DNA of 64,000 nt from an uncultured Gemmataceae bacterium (lineage in GTDB: Bacteria; Planctomycetota; Planctomycetia; Gemmatales; Gemmataceae). Shown in pieces: positions 42,823-53,394 of the stretch (positions within the stretch are counted from its first letter, which is position 1; the number at the start of each line of letters is the position of its first letter). Under the pieces are notes generated by a model, which saw only the letters and a program-made list of their open reading frames with translations, made no database searches and was not told the DNA's origin. The DNA lies in NCBI GenBank assembly GCA_963750165.1, contig CAVVPN010000003.1, positions 2,656,001-2,720,000 of the forward strand. Direction: 5' to 3'. The position numbers and the translations under genes are program-made.

Positions 42823-45681
42823 TTACTTCCGCGGCACCTCCTTCGGCACCCGCAGCACCGCCCCATTCTGGCCCAGCAGGTACTTGGCCACCTGCGTCCG
42901 CGACATGCCCGCGCTCATCAGACACGCCGCCTGCCCCGTTGCGAACGCAGTCGCCAGATCGCTGCCGTACACCTTCGACCTCTCCGGCAGCGCCACGTCC
43001 AGCGCGTCGTAGGCCAGCACGTTCGGCTTGCGATAACCGGTCAGGCCCATCGGTGGCCCCAGCGACGCGTACGGCCCCGGCTGGTCCGACAGCTGAGCCG
43101 CGCCCACCGTCACCACCGTCCGCGCGTCCGCCAGCATGCCGATGCTGCCCTGGTCCGTGTGGTAGGTCTCGAAGACCGGCCGGCCAGCTGTGCTCGCCAG
43201 CGGATCAACGCACTCCACGAACAACCGCGGCCACAATTCCCACTTCTTCTCGAACGCCTCCAGCGACGGCGCCCCCAACGGCCGGATGCCCGTCGGCGCC
43301 AGGCCGCGCTCCAGCACGAACGAGTAACGCCCCGTCACCCGGTCCTGGATCAGATCCCAGCGCTCCGGCTGCTGCCGCACCACAAACGCCGCGTAGCGGC
43401 TGCTGCGCTCGATGGTGAACTCGATGCCCTGCTCATAGGTGGCCATGTTCGGGCGGTTATCCAGCCGCTGCGGTGCGCCGTAGGTGACCGCCACCGGCTC
43501 GAAGTCATCGGTGGGCAGCACCTTGCCCGACGGGTCGCGCTGCCGCAGCACCGTCACGCGCAGTTCCGCCAGCGGCGTCCGGTAGCGGTCCTCCTCGCCC
43601 GGGCGGAAGTAGTAATCCGGGTCGTGCGGCTCGCGCCACTGCAACGAGATACGCAGCCGGGCCGGCCCCTTGTTGCCGGCCGGCACGAACGGCTCCCACT
43701 TCAGGAAATTCAACTCCGTCGTCCACTGCCCCTTGTCGAGTTTGGTGCCCGGCGGCGCGAACTCCATGACACCGTTGCCGTCCGCGTCGCGGTACAGGCC
43801 GTACCATGTCTGGCGACGCTGGCTGCCCGCCGACTGCAACCACAACGCCTTCTGTGGCGTCTGGTCGAACCAGCGGCTCAAATAACTACTGCCGCTCAGG
43901 GGATAGCGATCCGGCCAGCTGAACGTGCAGCACACCAGGTCGATGCCGCGCAGCGTGGCCAGGTCCTCCATGAGCTTGAGGAGGCGCAGCTCACGGCGGC
44001 GATGGTCGAGGTCGTCGCGCTCCACCTCCGCCAGGCGACGCAGGCTCCACTGCCGGGGGCTGAACAGCCAGGCCGTCACCGCGTCGCCGAGCAGCCCGTA
44101 CTGTTCGGCAAAATCCGCCTCATCCTGGAAGTCGTCGAGAATCAGCCGGCGCTCCTTCAGGACAATGGCTCGCCGGGTCGCGATCACCGCGGCTTCGGCG
44201 GCCAACTCGTCGCGGCGCCGCTCTAAATCTGGTGACACCAGCGGCTCGCCGTTGATGTAGCGGGCCACGTCCTGAACCTGGTACGGCGTCCGCGGATCGA
44301 CCCGCACCAGCGTCAACTGGGCGTCCGGCGCCGCCAGATGGGCCGCGAGGGCGCACTGCGTCCCGTGGCCGTGCTGCTGCGGTTCAAACCACCGCGGCGC
44401 GGGGTAAAGGTCGGAATCGCGCTGGATTGTCAGGTCCACCAGCCGCGTGTCGGCCGGCAGCTTTTTCTCCTCGATCAACTCCGCGACACCACTAAAGTCG
44501 TCATCAAGGATCGCCAGGCGGAGCTTGCGATCCTTCGCCTTCGGATAGTGGAGGGTGCCCGGGATGTGGAGCTTGCCGCGTTTGCCGAGTTGGTGCAGCC
44601 GGGCCAGGCCGCTCTTTTCCAGCACCTGCTTGTTGTCCGTCGCGAACTTGGCCTCGGCGGCGGCCAGGCGGTAGGACAGCCGCGGCAGCCGAATCGTGCT
44701 GACCTGCGGCAGCGCCGCCAGCTTCCGGACGTAGCCGACGCGCGTGACGCAGGTCACCACCGACCCCAGCCGGCCTTCCAGCAGAATTTCCGGCACGTGC
44801 GCTTTCAGGCCCGACCACCAGAGCCGGTCGTCGTCGCCAGGCGTGTACGTCAGGATGATTTCCAGGCGCGTCGCTTCCAACACCCGGTCCTTGTCGCTGA
44901 CGAGCGGCGCCAACTCGGGGCTGACCTTGTCCATGTACGCGGGGGTGAGCGGTTCCGGCAGCACCAGTTCCCGGGCGGGGGCCGGCTCGCGCAGCACCTC
45001 GGTGACCAGGATGGGGTTCTCCCGGCGCAACGGCAGCGGCAAATCCTCCCGCGCGATGGCCGGCGCGAACCAACCGCCCGGCCGGTTGCGCAGGTCCTTG
45101 AGCAGCGTCTCCAGCTGATGGACCGGCACGGTGCCGACCAGGCGCGTGTGCGGCCGGCCAGTGTAGCCGCGGTGGTCGTAGCCATCCGCCTCCGTAAACC
45201 CTAGCTGGCCCAGCAAAACGAGCACCTGGTTGGCCAGCGTCAGCTGCCGGTCGGGGCTGTAGCCGGACGGCAGTTCCAGCCGCACCTTGACGGGCTGGTT
45301 CGGGTCGTTGGGCAGCTTCAGGTCCGCGGGCACCAGCAGGACCGACGCGACGCTGGGGTCGCCCAGCAGCCGCAGCGGATTGCCGGGGCCGATCTGGCCT
45401 TCCAACTCGTTCTTGCCACGATCCTCGCGGTCGGTTTCGGGACGGTCCTCGAGCGGCGGGTCGAACTTGAATTTGAGACTCTTCAGGTACTCGATCATCG
45501 CGTCGTACTGCTTGACGTGCTGGTCGCGCGGCGCGGGGATGTGGTAGCGGAGTTTCACCCTGTACTTCGCCACCGGCGGCGGTTGCAGCGGTTGCTGGGC
45601 CAGGGACGGGAGCACAAGCAAGCAGGCCAGGGCCGCAATCAGGACCGCGGCTCGCGAACGGGGGCCGACGCCGGACGTCAT
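42823..45681 (-). CDS. Large secreted protein with degenerate subtilisin (S8)-like motifs
   Basis: Signal peptide; LAILDDDF, HGTQCA...APDAQL, VVTVGAA, KPNVLA, GSDLATAFATG. Confidence 0.65.
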   Translation of the reverse strand: MTSGVGPRSRAAVLIAALACLLVLPSLAQQPLQPPPVAKYRVKLRYHIPAPRDQHVKQYDAMIEYLKSLKFKFDPPLEDRPETDREDRGKNELEGQIGPGNPLRLLGDPSVASVLLVPADLKLPNDPNQPVKVRLELPSGYSPDRQLTLANQVLVLLGQLGFTEADGYDHRGYTGRPHTRLVGTVPVHQLETLLKDLRNRPGGWFAPAIAREDLPLPLRRENPILVTEVLREPAPARELVLPEPLTPAYMDKVSPELAPLVSDKDRVLEATRLEIILTYTPGDDDRLWWSGLKAHVPEILLEGRLGSVVTCVTRVGYVRKLAALPQVSTIRLPRLSYRLAAAEAKFATDNKQVLEKSGLARLHQLGKRGKLHIPGTLHYPKAKDRKLRLAILDDDFSGVAELIEEKKLPADTRLVDLTIQRDSDLYPAPRWFEPQQHGHGTQCALAAHLAAPDAQLTLVRVDPRTPYQVQDVARYINGEPLVSPDLERRRDELAAEAAVIATRRAIVLKERRLILDDFQDEADFAEQYGLLGDAVTAWLFSPRQWSLRRLAEVERDDLDHRRRELRLLKLMEDLATLRGIDLVCCTFSWPDRYPLSGSSYLSRWFDQTPQKALWLQSAGSQRRQTWYGLYRDADGNGVMEFAPPGTKLDKGQWTTELNFLKWEPFVPAGNKGPARLRISLQWREPHDPDYYFRPGEEDRYRTPLAELRVTVLRQRDPSGKVLPTDDFEPVAVTYGAPQRLDNRPNMATYEQGIEFTIERSSRYAAFVVRQQPERWDLIQDRVTGRYSFVLERGLAPTGIRPLGAPSLEAFEKKWELWPRLFVECVDPLASTAGRPVFETYHTDQGSIGMLADARTVVTVGAAQLSDQPGPYASLGPPMGLTGYRKPNVLAYDALDVALPERSKVYGSDLATAFATGQAACLMSAGMSRTQVAKYLLGQNGAVLRVPKEVPRK

Positions 45682-45901
45682 GATGAAACACCTCGCAGGG
45701 GCGCGCGTGGATGGGAGCGCAGCCGTCATTAGAAGAATTGTTGCGCCCGCCCGGCCGTTTGCCAAGGGCAGTCCGCGCAAGTATGCCATGCTCCCGACGA
45801 CGACACGGCCTTGCCGGCGAGCGCCCGAGCCCGGAAAACAACCCAGGCAACCGGCGCCGCCGGCACAGGCGCGCCAGACGGAACCCCGACAGGAGTCGCG
45901 C

Positions 45902-46714
45902 ATGTCCTTCGCCAACCAGGTCGCAATCATCACGGGAGCGTCCAGCGGCATCGGCTGGTCGCTGGCGAAGGCGCTGGCGAAGGAGGGGGCGCGCGTCGGC
46001 CTCGTGGCCCGGCGACTCGACAAACTGGAGGCGCTCGCCGCGGACATCCGTGGGCAGGGCGGCACCGTCGCCGTCGCCGCCGCGGACGTTGGCGACCGTC
46101 ACTCGACCGTCGCGGCCATCCACCAGCTGGCGGCGGAGCTGGGGCCGATCGATCTGCTGATTGCCAACGCCGGCGTCGGGGCGCCGACGCTGCTGGAGCC
46201 GCTCAACGTCGAGATGGTCGAGAAGATGGTGCGCGTCAACCTGCTCGGCGTCGTCTACGCCATTGAGGCGGTGTTGCCGGCGATGCTGGAGCGCAAGCGC
46301 GGCCATCTGGCGGCGGTGTCGAGCCTGGCGGCGTACAAGGGTTTGCCCGGCGAATCGGGCTACTGCGCGAGCAAGGCCGCCGTCAACAGCTACATGGAGG
46401 GTTTGCGCATTCAGTTGCAGAGCCGCGGCATCGCCGTGACGACCATCTGTCCGGGCTTCGTCAAGACGCCGATGACGGACATGAACAACTTCAAAATGCC
46501 GTGGCTGGTCACCGCAGACGAGGCGGCACGGCGGATCGTGCGGGCGCTGCGGCGGCGGCGCAAGGTGTTCAACTTCCCGTGGCAGACGACGCTGATGATG
46601 AAGCTGACGCGCTGGCTGCCGGACCGGGTTGTGGCCTACTTCATGCAGGACTACAACGACAAGCCGCCGATGCCCACGGACGAGATGGCCCACGGCGCGG
46701 CGGGGCCGGGTTAG
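45902..46714 (+). CDS. SDR family oxidoreductase
   Basis: ITGASSGIG, ANAG, YCASK, PGFVKT. Confidence 0.95.
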   Translation: MSFANQVAIITGASSGIGWSLAKALAKEGARVGLVARRLDKLEALAADIRGQGGTVAVAAADVGDRHSTVAAIHQLAAELGPIDLLIANAGVGAPTLLEPLNVEMVEKMVRVNLLGVVYAIEAVLPAMLERKRGHLAAVSSLAAYKGLPGESGYCASKAAVNSYMEGLRIQLQSRGIAVTTICPGFVKTPMTDMNNFKMPWLVTADEAARRIVRALRRRRKVFNFPWQTTLMMKLTRWLPDRVVAYFMQDYNDKPPMPTDEMAHGAAGPG

Positions 46715-47142
46715 GCGTCGATCATGTGTTCGCCGCCGTGCTCGGGGTTGCCGATCAGCCGCTGGTTCTTCGGGTCCACCACCCAGTCCATCAATTCCAG
46801 CGGCACCTGCCCAATAATTACGTTGAAGGTGTCGGGAATCTCCCCCACGTCGCACACGCAGTCGCGCCCCTGCACTGTCAGCCGCACGGCCCGATAAATC
46901 TGCATCGCCGCCTCGCCGTTGATGGTTCGCGAGCGACGCGTGCGCAGCGGCTGCAAGCCCAACCGGGCGATCAGCCCCTTTGGCATCAGCAGCGTGCTCG
47001 CCCCCGTGTCCACCAATGCGTCCATCACTTCGACGCAGCGGACCTGATCCGCGGGCAGCACGTTTTGATTGGCCTTGAACACGTCTTCCAGGTTCTCGAT
47101 CCGGGCCGCGACCAGCACCTTGCCCATCGTCATCGACTCCAT
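46711..47142 (-). CDS. Retropepsin-like (clan AA) aspartyl protease
   Basis: ALVDTGAS, IIGQVPLE. Confidence 0.88.
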   Translation of the reverse strand: MESMTMGKVLVAARIENLEDVFKANQNVLPADQVRCVEVMDALVDTGASTLLMPKGLIARLGLQPLRTRRSRTINGEAAMQIYRAVRLTVQGRDCVCDVGEIPDTFNVIIGQVPLELMDWVVDPKNQRLIGNPEHGGEHMIDA

Positions 47143-47175
47143 GACCCTTCTCCGCAGAGGTTGAATTTGACTGCT

Positions 47176-48555
47176 TCAGTTTATCGCATTCCCCTCGTGC
47201 CGGTGGCTCTCCTCCGGCACCGTCAGGAAGCCCCAGCGCAGCGCCTGGTCCTGCATGTAATTCTTGCCCAGCGTCAGCGCCGTCACCGCCTTGGCCAGTT
47301 CGTAGCCCAGGTAGAACGCATGCGCCGGGTCAATCGCTTCCTGCTCCAGCATCTGCCGGAACAGCGCGAACGGATCGGTTTCCCACAGAAATAACTGGTG
47401 ATTCAGCGCGTACAGCAGGCCGCGCTCCGCGAACAGGCGGAAATTGCGGTCCTTGATGTTCGCCGCCAGTTCGCGCAGCGCCGCCTCGCCGTGCTCCTTT
47501 AGCTTTGGATCGCGCAACAGCACCAAATTCGGCTCCAGCTTCTTCGGCAGCACGCGCTGGCGCACGGCGTAATGCACCAACCGCCGCGCCAGGTCCAGTT
47601 CGCGCACGCAGCTGCGGCACCAGTTGATGACCTCCGTCGTCAACACGCTGCGGATGCCCACCTCCTGACAGAAGCCGAGCAGCATCACATTGACGCCGGC
47701 CGAATCCGCGTCCGTCAGTTCCGTTAAATTGCCGACGCCCATCAGCATCGCCGCGTCCGGGTAGCGGCGGCGCACCTCCAGGTAGCGGCCCAGCGACGCC
47801 GCGAAGCCGAAGCCGATCGGCTCCAGCACCGGGTCGATGCGGAACGGCACCCCCGCCATGGTTAGTCCTTCGACAGTCGCGTCCAGGCCGGCCAGCGTCG
47901 CGGGCACGTCCGGCACCGCCACGACCTCGCAGCCCCAGTCCGCCGCTGCAGCGATGTTCGTGCCGTTGACGCTCAGCACCAGTTCCGCCCCGGCCGCGGC
48001 CGCCAGCGCCACCTCGCGGCCGTCGAAGCTGTCCACCGACACGCGCAGCCCCGCGTCGCGCAGCCGCCGTACCGCGTCGCCGACCGCCTCCCAGGTGCCG
48101 TCCGGGTCGCAGCCCAGATCGATCACGTCCGCCCCCGATGCCCGCGCCGCCAACGCCTGCCGCAGTAACTCCTCCGGCGCCAGCCGCGGCGCGTGGTTGA
48201 TCTCCGCGAGAATCTCGATGTCGAAGGCGCCGTAATCGCTTTTCGCCTGGTCCGCCTTGAAGAACTCGGGCAGGTCGCGCAGGTCCGCGGGGCCGCGCTC
48301 TACCGGTATCCCGACCGCCGTCGCAACCACGTCCAGGTCGCCGCCGCACAGGCCCGGCAGGACGACGCGCGCGACGCCAGCGGGCACAGTCAGGTGGCGC
48401 ACGACCCACGGCGTCGTCGTCAGCGCCGCCACGGTGATCGGCAGCACCGCCACGCTGTAGTCGAAGCCGGCGCGCGCCGCCAGCTCGGCCAGCGTCCGCC
48501 GCAGCGCCGCCTCGGCCAGCTTGCCGGTCACGAACAGCAGGTGGGGTTGTGCCAT
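47176..48555 (-). CDS. Dihydropteroate synthase-like protein (DUF6513/DUF4346; Orf20-type, methanopterin pathway-associated)
   Basis: LFVTGKLAE, GADVIDLGC, VSVDS, MGVGNLTELTDAD, HAFYLGYELAKA...YMQD. Confidence 0.85.
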   Translation of the reverse strand: MAQPHLLFVTGKLAEAALRRTLAELAARAGFDYSVAVLPITVAALTTTPWVVRHLTVPAGVARVVLPGLCGGDLDVVATAVGIPVERGPADLRDLPEFFKADQAKSDYGAFDIEILAEINHAPRLAPEELLRQALAARASGADVIDLGCDPDGTWEAVGDAVRRLRDAGLRVSVDSFDGREVALAAAAGAELVLSVNGTNIAAAADWGCEVVAVPDVPATLAGLDATVEGLTMAGVPFRIDPVLEPIGFGFAASLGRYLEVRRRYPDAAMLMGVGNLTELTDADSAGVNVMLLGFCQEVGIRSVLTTEVINWCRSCVRELDLARRLVHYAVRQRVLPKKLEPNLVLLRDPKLKEHGEAALRELAANIKDRNFRLFAERGLLYALNHQLFLWETDPFALFRQMLEQEAIDPAHAFYLGYELAKAVTALTLGKNYMQDQALRWGFLTVPEESHRHEGNAIN

Positions 48556-48600
48556 GAGAGTCAGCCGTTCGGGGCGGCCGCTGTCCGGTTCCCTCCCCCA

Positions 48601-48936
48601 ACAGGCATTGGTATTTACACAAATACCACTGGGGGGACAGGGCGGTATAATCAGTGTATGTATCTTCTTTGCCTGATCTGGAGCGGTGCTTGCAACGACG
48701 GTACGACCAACTGATCCAGGAGCAGGTGGCTCCCCTCCAAACTGTGGCCGCTGGACGCCGCGCTGTCCCCGCCCTGGCGCGCTCCCTTCACCAGCACCCA
48801 GGCCGCCTGGCGCTTCTGGGCCAAGCGCGCACGACGCTGACCACCCTCGCGCAACCCCTGGTGCAGGCCGCGCGCGCCGCCGTCCCCCAGGAGTGCCTCG
48901 TATCACCCTCGTCGTCCACGACTGGTCGCTGCTCCA
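48601..48936 (+). pseudogene. IS4-family (IS50-like) transposase 5' remnant with probable left end
   Basis: Frameshifted QRRYDQLIQEQ...STQAAWRF...LAQPL...LVVHDWS; TATTTACACAAAT resembles IS50-type ends. Confidence 0.65.
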
Positions 48937-49216
48937 TGGGACTATCTGAGAGAGCAACGCCCGAACTCTGTTCGCGCGAAACGTAAACGGACGCCAGGCT
49001 GCCACCCGTCCGGGGGTGGCTTGACTCGCGAAGGCAATGCCAGGCAACGGCCGGAGCGGCCATGCCCGGTCTGGCGCTCTTTGGCAAATAGGGGTGTGAG
49101 AGAAACGTGAGATGAAACGCGAACCCCTGTGCCACTAAAGGGTTATTTCATCTCACCCCCGAGAGATGAAATCGCCTCGTTTCTGGTCGGAGCCCGAGCG
49201 CCAGCGAGGGTTAGGA

Positions 49217-50176
49217 CTAGCGCGCGGCCAGCAACTCCTCCGGCGTGACCGTGGCGGTGCCGACCTTGCCCACGACAATGCTGGCCGCCCGGTTGGCCAG
49301 GTGCATGGCCTCTTCCAGGTTGCCCCCGGCTGCCAGGCTCAGCGCCAGGGTGCTGGCCACGGTGTCGCCGGCGCCGGTCACGTCGTACACGTGCCGCGCC
49401 AGCGTCGGCAGGTGGACCGTGTCGGCGTCCGCGCGGAACAGCGACATGCCCTGCGGCCCGCGCGTGATCAGCAGCGCGGAGCCGTCCAGGATTTCCAGCA
49501 GTCGCCGGCCGACCTCGCGCAAACTGGCCTCGTCGGTGATGGGCTGCTTGGCGACGGCCTCGGCCTCGTGGACGTTGGGCTTGACCACGGTGGCGCCGCG
49601 GTACTTGCCGTAATCGGTCCCCTTGGGGTCCACCACGACGGGCCGGCCAGCCAGCCGCGCCAGCCGGATGAACTGCCGGGCGACGCGCTCGGACACCAGC
49701 CCCTTGCCGTAGTCGGAGATGACGCACACCTCCACGCCGGGCAGCCGCGCTTCGGCCGCGGCCAGCAGTTCGTCCTCCAGGCCCGCGGCCAGTGGCGCCC
49801 GCTGCTCACAGTCCAGGCGCACGACCTGCTGGCTGTGGGCGACGATGCGCGTCTTGGTCGTCGTCAGCCGGGTGGGGTCAACGCACAGCCCTTCGGGGTC
49901 GATACCGTGCCGGGTCAGGGCCTCGCGCAGGACGGTGGCGTGATAGTCGCCGCCCACGATGCCGAGCAGCATCGGCACACCGCCCAGCGCCGCCACGTTG
50001 GCGGCCGTGTTGGATGCGCCGCCCGGCACATAAGTCCGGCGGCTCATCTCCACCACCGGCACGGGCGCTTCCGGCGAAATCCGCCGGACCTCGCCCCAGA
50101 TGTACTCGTCCAGCATCACGTCGCCCAGGACGAGCACCCGTTTGCCGCGAAACGCCTCGGCCAGCCTGCGGTTCAT
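49217..50176 (-). CDS. rfaE1: Heptose 7-phosphate kinase (RfaE domain I)
   Basis: LGDVMLDEY, RISPEAPVPV, SDYGKG, DVTGAGDT. Confidence 0.92.
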   Translation of the reverse strand: MNRRLAEAFRGKRVLVLGDVMLDEYIWGEVRRISPEAPVPVVEMSRRTYVPGGASNTAANVAALGGVPMLLGIVGGDYHATVLREALTRHGIDPEGLCVDPTRLTTTKTRIVAHSQQVVRLDCEQRAPLAAGLEDELLAAAEARLPGVEVCVISDYGKGLVSERVARQFIRLARLAGRPVVVDPKGTDYGKYRGATVVKPNVHEAEAVAKQPITDEASLREVGRRLLEILDGSALLITRGPQGMSLFRADADTVHLPTLARHVYDVTGAGDTVASTLALSLAAGGNLEEAMHLANRAASIVVGKVGTATVTPEELLAAR

Positions 50177-51204
50177 GACTGCCCTCCTACCGACTCCCGT
50201 TCCCGACCCATGAGGAAATGCACAATGGCCGCCCAGTCCGGCGCCACGAAATCCGCGGCGGCCGCGCCGTCGTCGGCAGCCGCGACCAGGACGGTGCGGC
50301 AGCCGGCGGCCCGGCCGGCCGACACATCGCTCGGCTTGTCGCCGACCATGAACGAGCGCGCCAGGTCCAGGTTCAGATCGTCCGCCGCGCCCGCAGCAGG
50401 TGCGGCGACGGCTTCCGACAGGCACACCCCTCGTCCGGGGCGTGGTAGCAGTAGTACGCGCCGTCGAGGGCGACGCCCTGTTCCGCGAGGATTTCGACCA
50501 GGCGCTGGTGAACGCGGCCAGCCTGCTCCCGCGTGAGAATGCCGCGGCCGACCCCGGACTGGTTGCTGACCACGACCAGGGCGAAGCCGTGCCGGCGCAG
50601 CTCCGCCAGTGCCCGCACGGCCCCCGGCAAAGGCCGAAGCTGTTGCGGATCGCGCGGGTAGCCGACGTCTTCCACCAGCGTGCCGTCGCGGTCGAGGAAG
50701 ACCGCGGGCCGCAGCGCTGCCCGCCGGGCCAGTTCGGTCGTCGAGACGCCCGGCGAGAACGACAGGAAGGCGAAGCGGCCGCCATACGACGCGATCAGGG
50801 CAGCCTCGGGGATCGGCTTGCCGTGCGGCGGCGCGTAGTCGCCGCCCTTGCAGCAGATGTCCGGTCGCAGCCGGGCCAGCACGGGCTCCGGCGTCGCTTC
50901 ACCAAAGACCACCACCGCATCGACGCACTCCAGGGCCGCGAGCACCTCGGCCCGTTCATCTTCCGGGACCAGCGGCCGGGTCGGGCCCTTGAGCCGCCGC
51001 ACCGAACGGTCGCTGTTCACGCCGACGATCAGCACGTCCCCCAGATCGCGCGCCTCCTGCAGGCTGCGCACGTGGCCGACGTGGAGCAGGTCAAAGCAGC
51101 CGTTCGTCCAGACGACCGTTTTGCGCTCGGCCCGCCAGCGTTCGCGGAACGGCAGCAGTTGCTCCAGGGTGAGCACCTTGCGCGGGGTATGGTCGAGCGC
51201 TCAC
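50173..51204 (-). CDS. Fused heptose 1-phosphate adenylyltransferase (RfaE domain II) + GmhB-type HAD phosphatase; apparent frameshifts near 50390 and 51185
   Basis: TNGCFDLLHVGH, KGGDY, STT then in frame FLDRDGTL, SNQSG, CACRKP; MVGDKPSD in next frame. Confidence 0.88.
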
Positions 51205-52157
51205 GCGGGGCCCTCCGCCAGTTCGTCCACCACCGCCTGGGCCAGCAGCGGCAGCAGCAGTTCGTGCCGGCCGATGAGGCTGTAGCCCTTGCCGCCGACG
51301 GTTGGCGGGCGTCGCACCACGTTCTCGCCGGGGCGGTAGTGGGCGATCATGTCCACGTTCACGGTCACGAAGTCGTGCAGCTCGGCCCCGAGGTTCTGAG
51401 CCACGGTGAACGCCTTCAGGAAAACCTCCGGCAGCAGCACTGCGGAGCCGGCGTTGAGGTAGACGCCGCCGCTGAGGTGCGTCACGCAGCCGGCCAGGAG
51501 GCGGAAGTCGTTGAAGCTCGCCTGGCCGAGCGCGGCGCCGTTGGCCGACGGGTGCATGTGCGTGATGTCGGTGCCGACGGCCACGTGGACCGTCAGCGGC
51601 ACACCCAGTTCGCGCGCGGTTGCCAGCAGGCTGTGCCCACAATGCGGGGCGTGCGTGCGGATGAGGAAGTCGCCCAGCAACTCGCCCATGCCGCGCTCGG
51701 GCTGGCGAAGCACCTCGTTGACCGCCTCGTTCATCAGTTCGCCGGTTTCGCGCACCATGCCGAAGGTGCCGTGACGCAGGCCAGCCGCCACGTCCTCGGA
51801 GGTTTCGCCGATCAGGGCCAGTTCAAAGTCGTGGATGGCGCCGGCGCCGTTCACCGCCAGCGCGGTGACGATCCGGCGCTTCAGCAGGTCGATCAGCACC
51901 GGGTTGAGCCCGCACTTGATGACGTGGGCGCCCAGGCCGACGATCACCGGCCGGCCGCGCCGCCGCGCTCCGACGATGGCCTCGATGACGGCACGGAAGT
52001 CGTTGCCGGCCAGGATGGCGGGCAGGCCGGCCAGAAAGTCCTTGACGGACTGGCCCGGCACCGGCGGCCGGGCGAACCAGTCAAGGTTCACCTTGTTCGA
52101 CCGCGCCCCCAGCGGGACAGTGCGCACCCGGTTCAGATCGACGGGATTCATGAGCAC
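51201..52157 (-). CDS. Deoxyhypusine synthase-like hypothetical protein
   Basis: GLGAHVIKCGL, NGAGAIHDFE, HVAVGTD, GSAVLLPEVF, GRHELLLPLL. Confidence 0.7.
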   Translation of the reverse strand: MLMNPVDLNRVRTVPLGARSNKVNLDWFARPPVPGQSVKDFLAGLPAILAGNDFRAVIEAIVGARRRGRPVIVGLGAHVIKCGLNPVLIDLLKRRIVTALAVNGAGAIHDFELALIGETSEDVAAGLRHGTFGMVRETGELMNEAVNEVLRQPERGMGELLGDFLIRTHAPHCGHSLLATARELGVPLTVHVAVGTDITHMHPSANGAALGQASFNDFRLLAGCVTHLSGGVYLNAGSAVLLPEVFLKAFTVAQNLGAELHDFVTVNVDMIAHYRPGENVVRRPPTVGGKGYSLIGRHELLLPLLAQAVVDELAEGPA

Positions 52158-53382
52158 CCGCTCCTGTTCGCCGTCTCACACAGGCTGCCGGCCGCCACCG
52201 GCACGCCGCGGACGGTGGCGATGACCTGATCCAGTCGGCTCAACTGCGTCTCCCAGCGGTAGTTCGCCTCCATGCAGGCGCGGGCGGCCTGGCCCAGTTT
52301 GTTGCGCTCGGCCGCGTCGCCCAGCAGCCGCACCACCTTCGCGGCGAAATCGGCCGGCTCGTCGGCGACCAGCAGGTGAGCGCCCTTCTCGGCCTCCACG
52401 CCCTCGAAGGACGCAGTTGACGCGACCGTGGGCAGCCCCATCGCCATCGCCTCCAGCAGCTTGTTCTGGATGCCGCGGGCGATGCGCAGCGGCACGACGC
52501 ACACCGCCGCACGGGCCAGGTACGGCCGCACGTCCGGCACCCGTCCGGTCACTTCCACGCCCTCCAGGCGGCCAAGCGCCTGCACCGCGGCGTTGGGCCG
52601 TGCGCCGCAGATGGTGAAGGTGACGCCCGGCACCTGCCGCGGATGAGCGGCAGCACGTCCCGGCAGAACCAGACCACGCCCTCCACGTTCGGAAAGTAAT
52701 CCATGACGCCGGTGAAGACCAGGTTGTTTTCCTGGCGCGGCACCGTCACCGGCTGATAATAGTCGAGATCCACGCCGTTGCTCACGCAGCTGACCGGCGC
52801 CCCCGGGATGAGCTGATGGAAGTCGCGCACCTCGCGCGGCGTACACACGAGGGAGTGGCTGAACTCCGTCGCCAGGCGGCGCTCGTAGCTCAGCAGCCGC
52901 CGCGACTCCAGGCCGAAGACCCAGCGCTTCGGCGGGAACACCGTGGCGGCGTACTGCCGCCACTTGAGCGAGTCGAGGTCGGCGAACTGCATGACACGCG
53001 GCACATCGGCGTAGCGCTCAACGAACTGCGCCACGCCGGAGCTGTACACCACGATCAAATCGGCTGGCCACGCCCGCAAACGGTCGGCGACGCGGCGGTG
53101 CAATTCGCCCTCGTTGAAGTAGGCGACAGTCAGCGGCTTGCCCGTGGCTAGGGCCGCCAGGGCCCGAACGCGGGCACGCCGCCGGTTCAACGGCACGGCA
53201 TCCACGGAAACGGCCAGGGGCTCCAGGGCGGCGACGTTCGCCAGATCCTCCGGACCGTCCGCCAGGCAGGCCACCGCCACCTCATGGTGTCGCGCCAGGT
53301 GGCGGATTTCGTGGTAGGTGGTAATCTTGTCCCCCCGGTCCGGCGGATAGGGGACGCGCTGAGCCAGGAAAAGAATGCGCAT
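52148..53382 (-). CDS. TIGR03087-type PEP-CTERM/exosortase system GT4 glycosyltransferase, apparent frameshift near 52640
   Basis: RVPYPPDRGDKI, FTGVMDYFPN, ARGIQNKLLEAMAMG. Confidence 0.9.
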
Positions 53383-53394
53383 CGAGTGTCCTTC

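Noticed and set aside
48937..49145. Possible right end of a second IS
   Set aside because: No matching inverted repeat or target duplication could be identified
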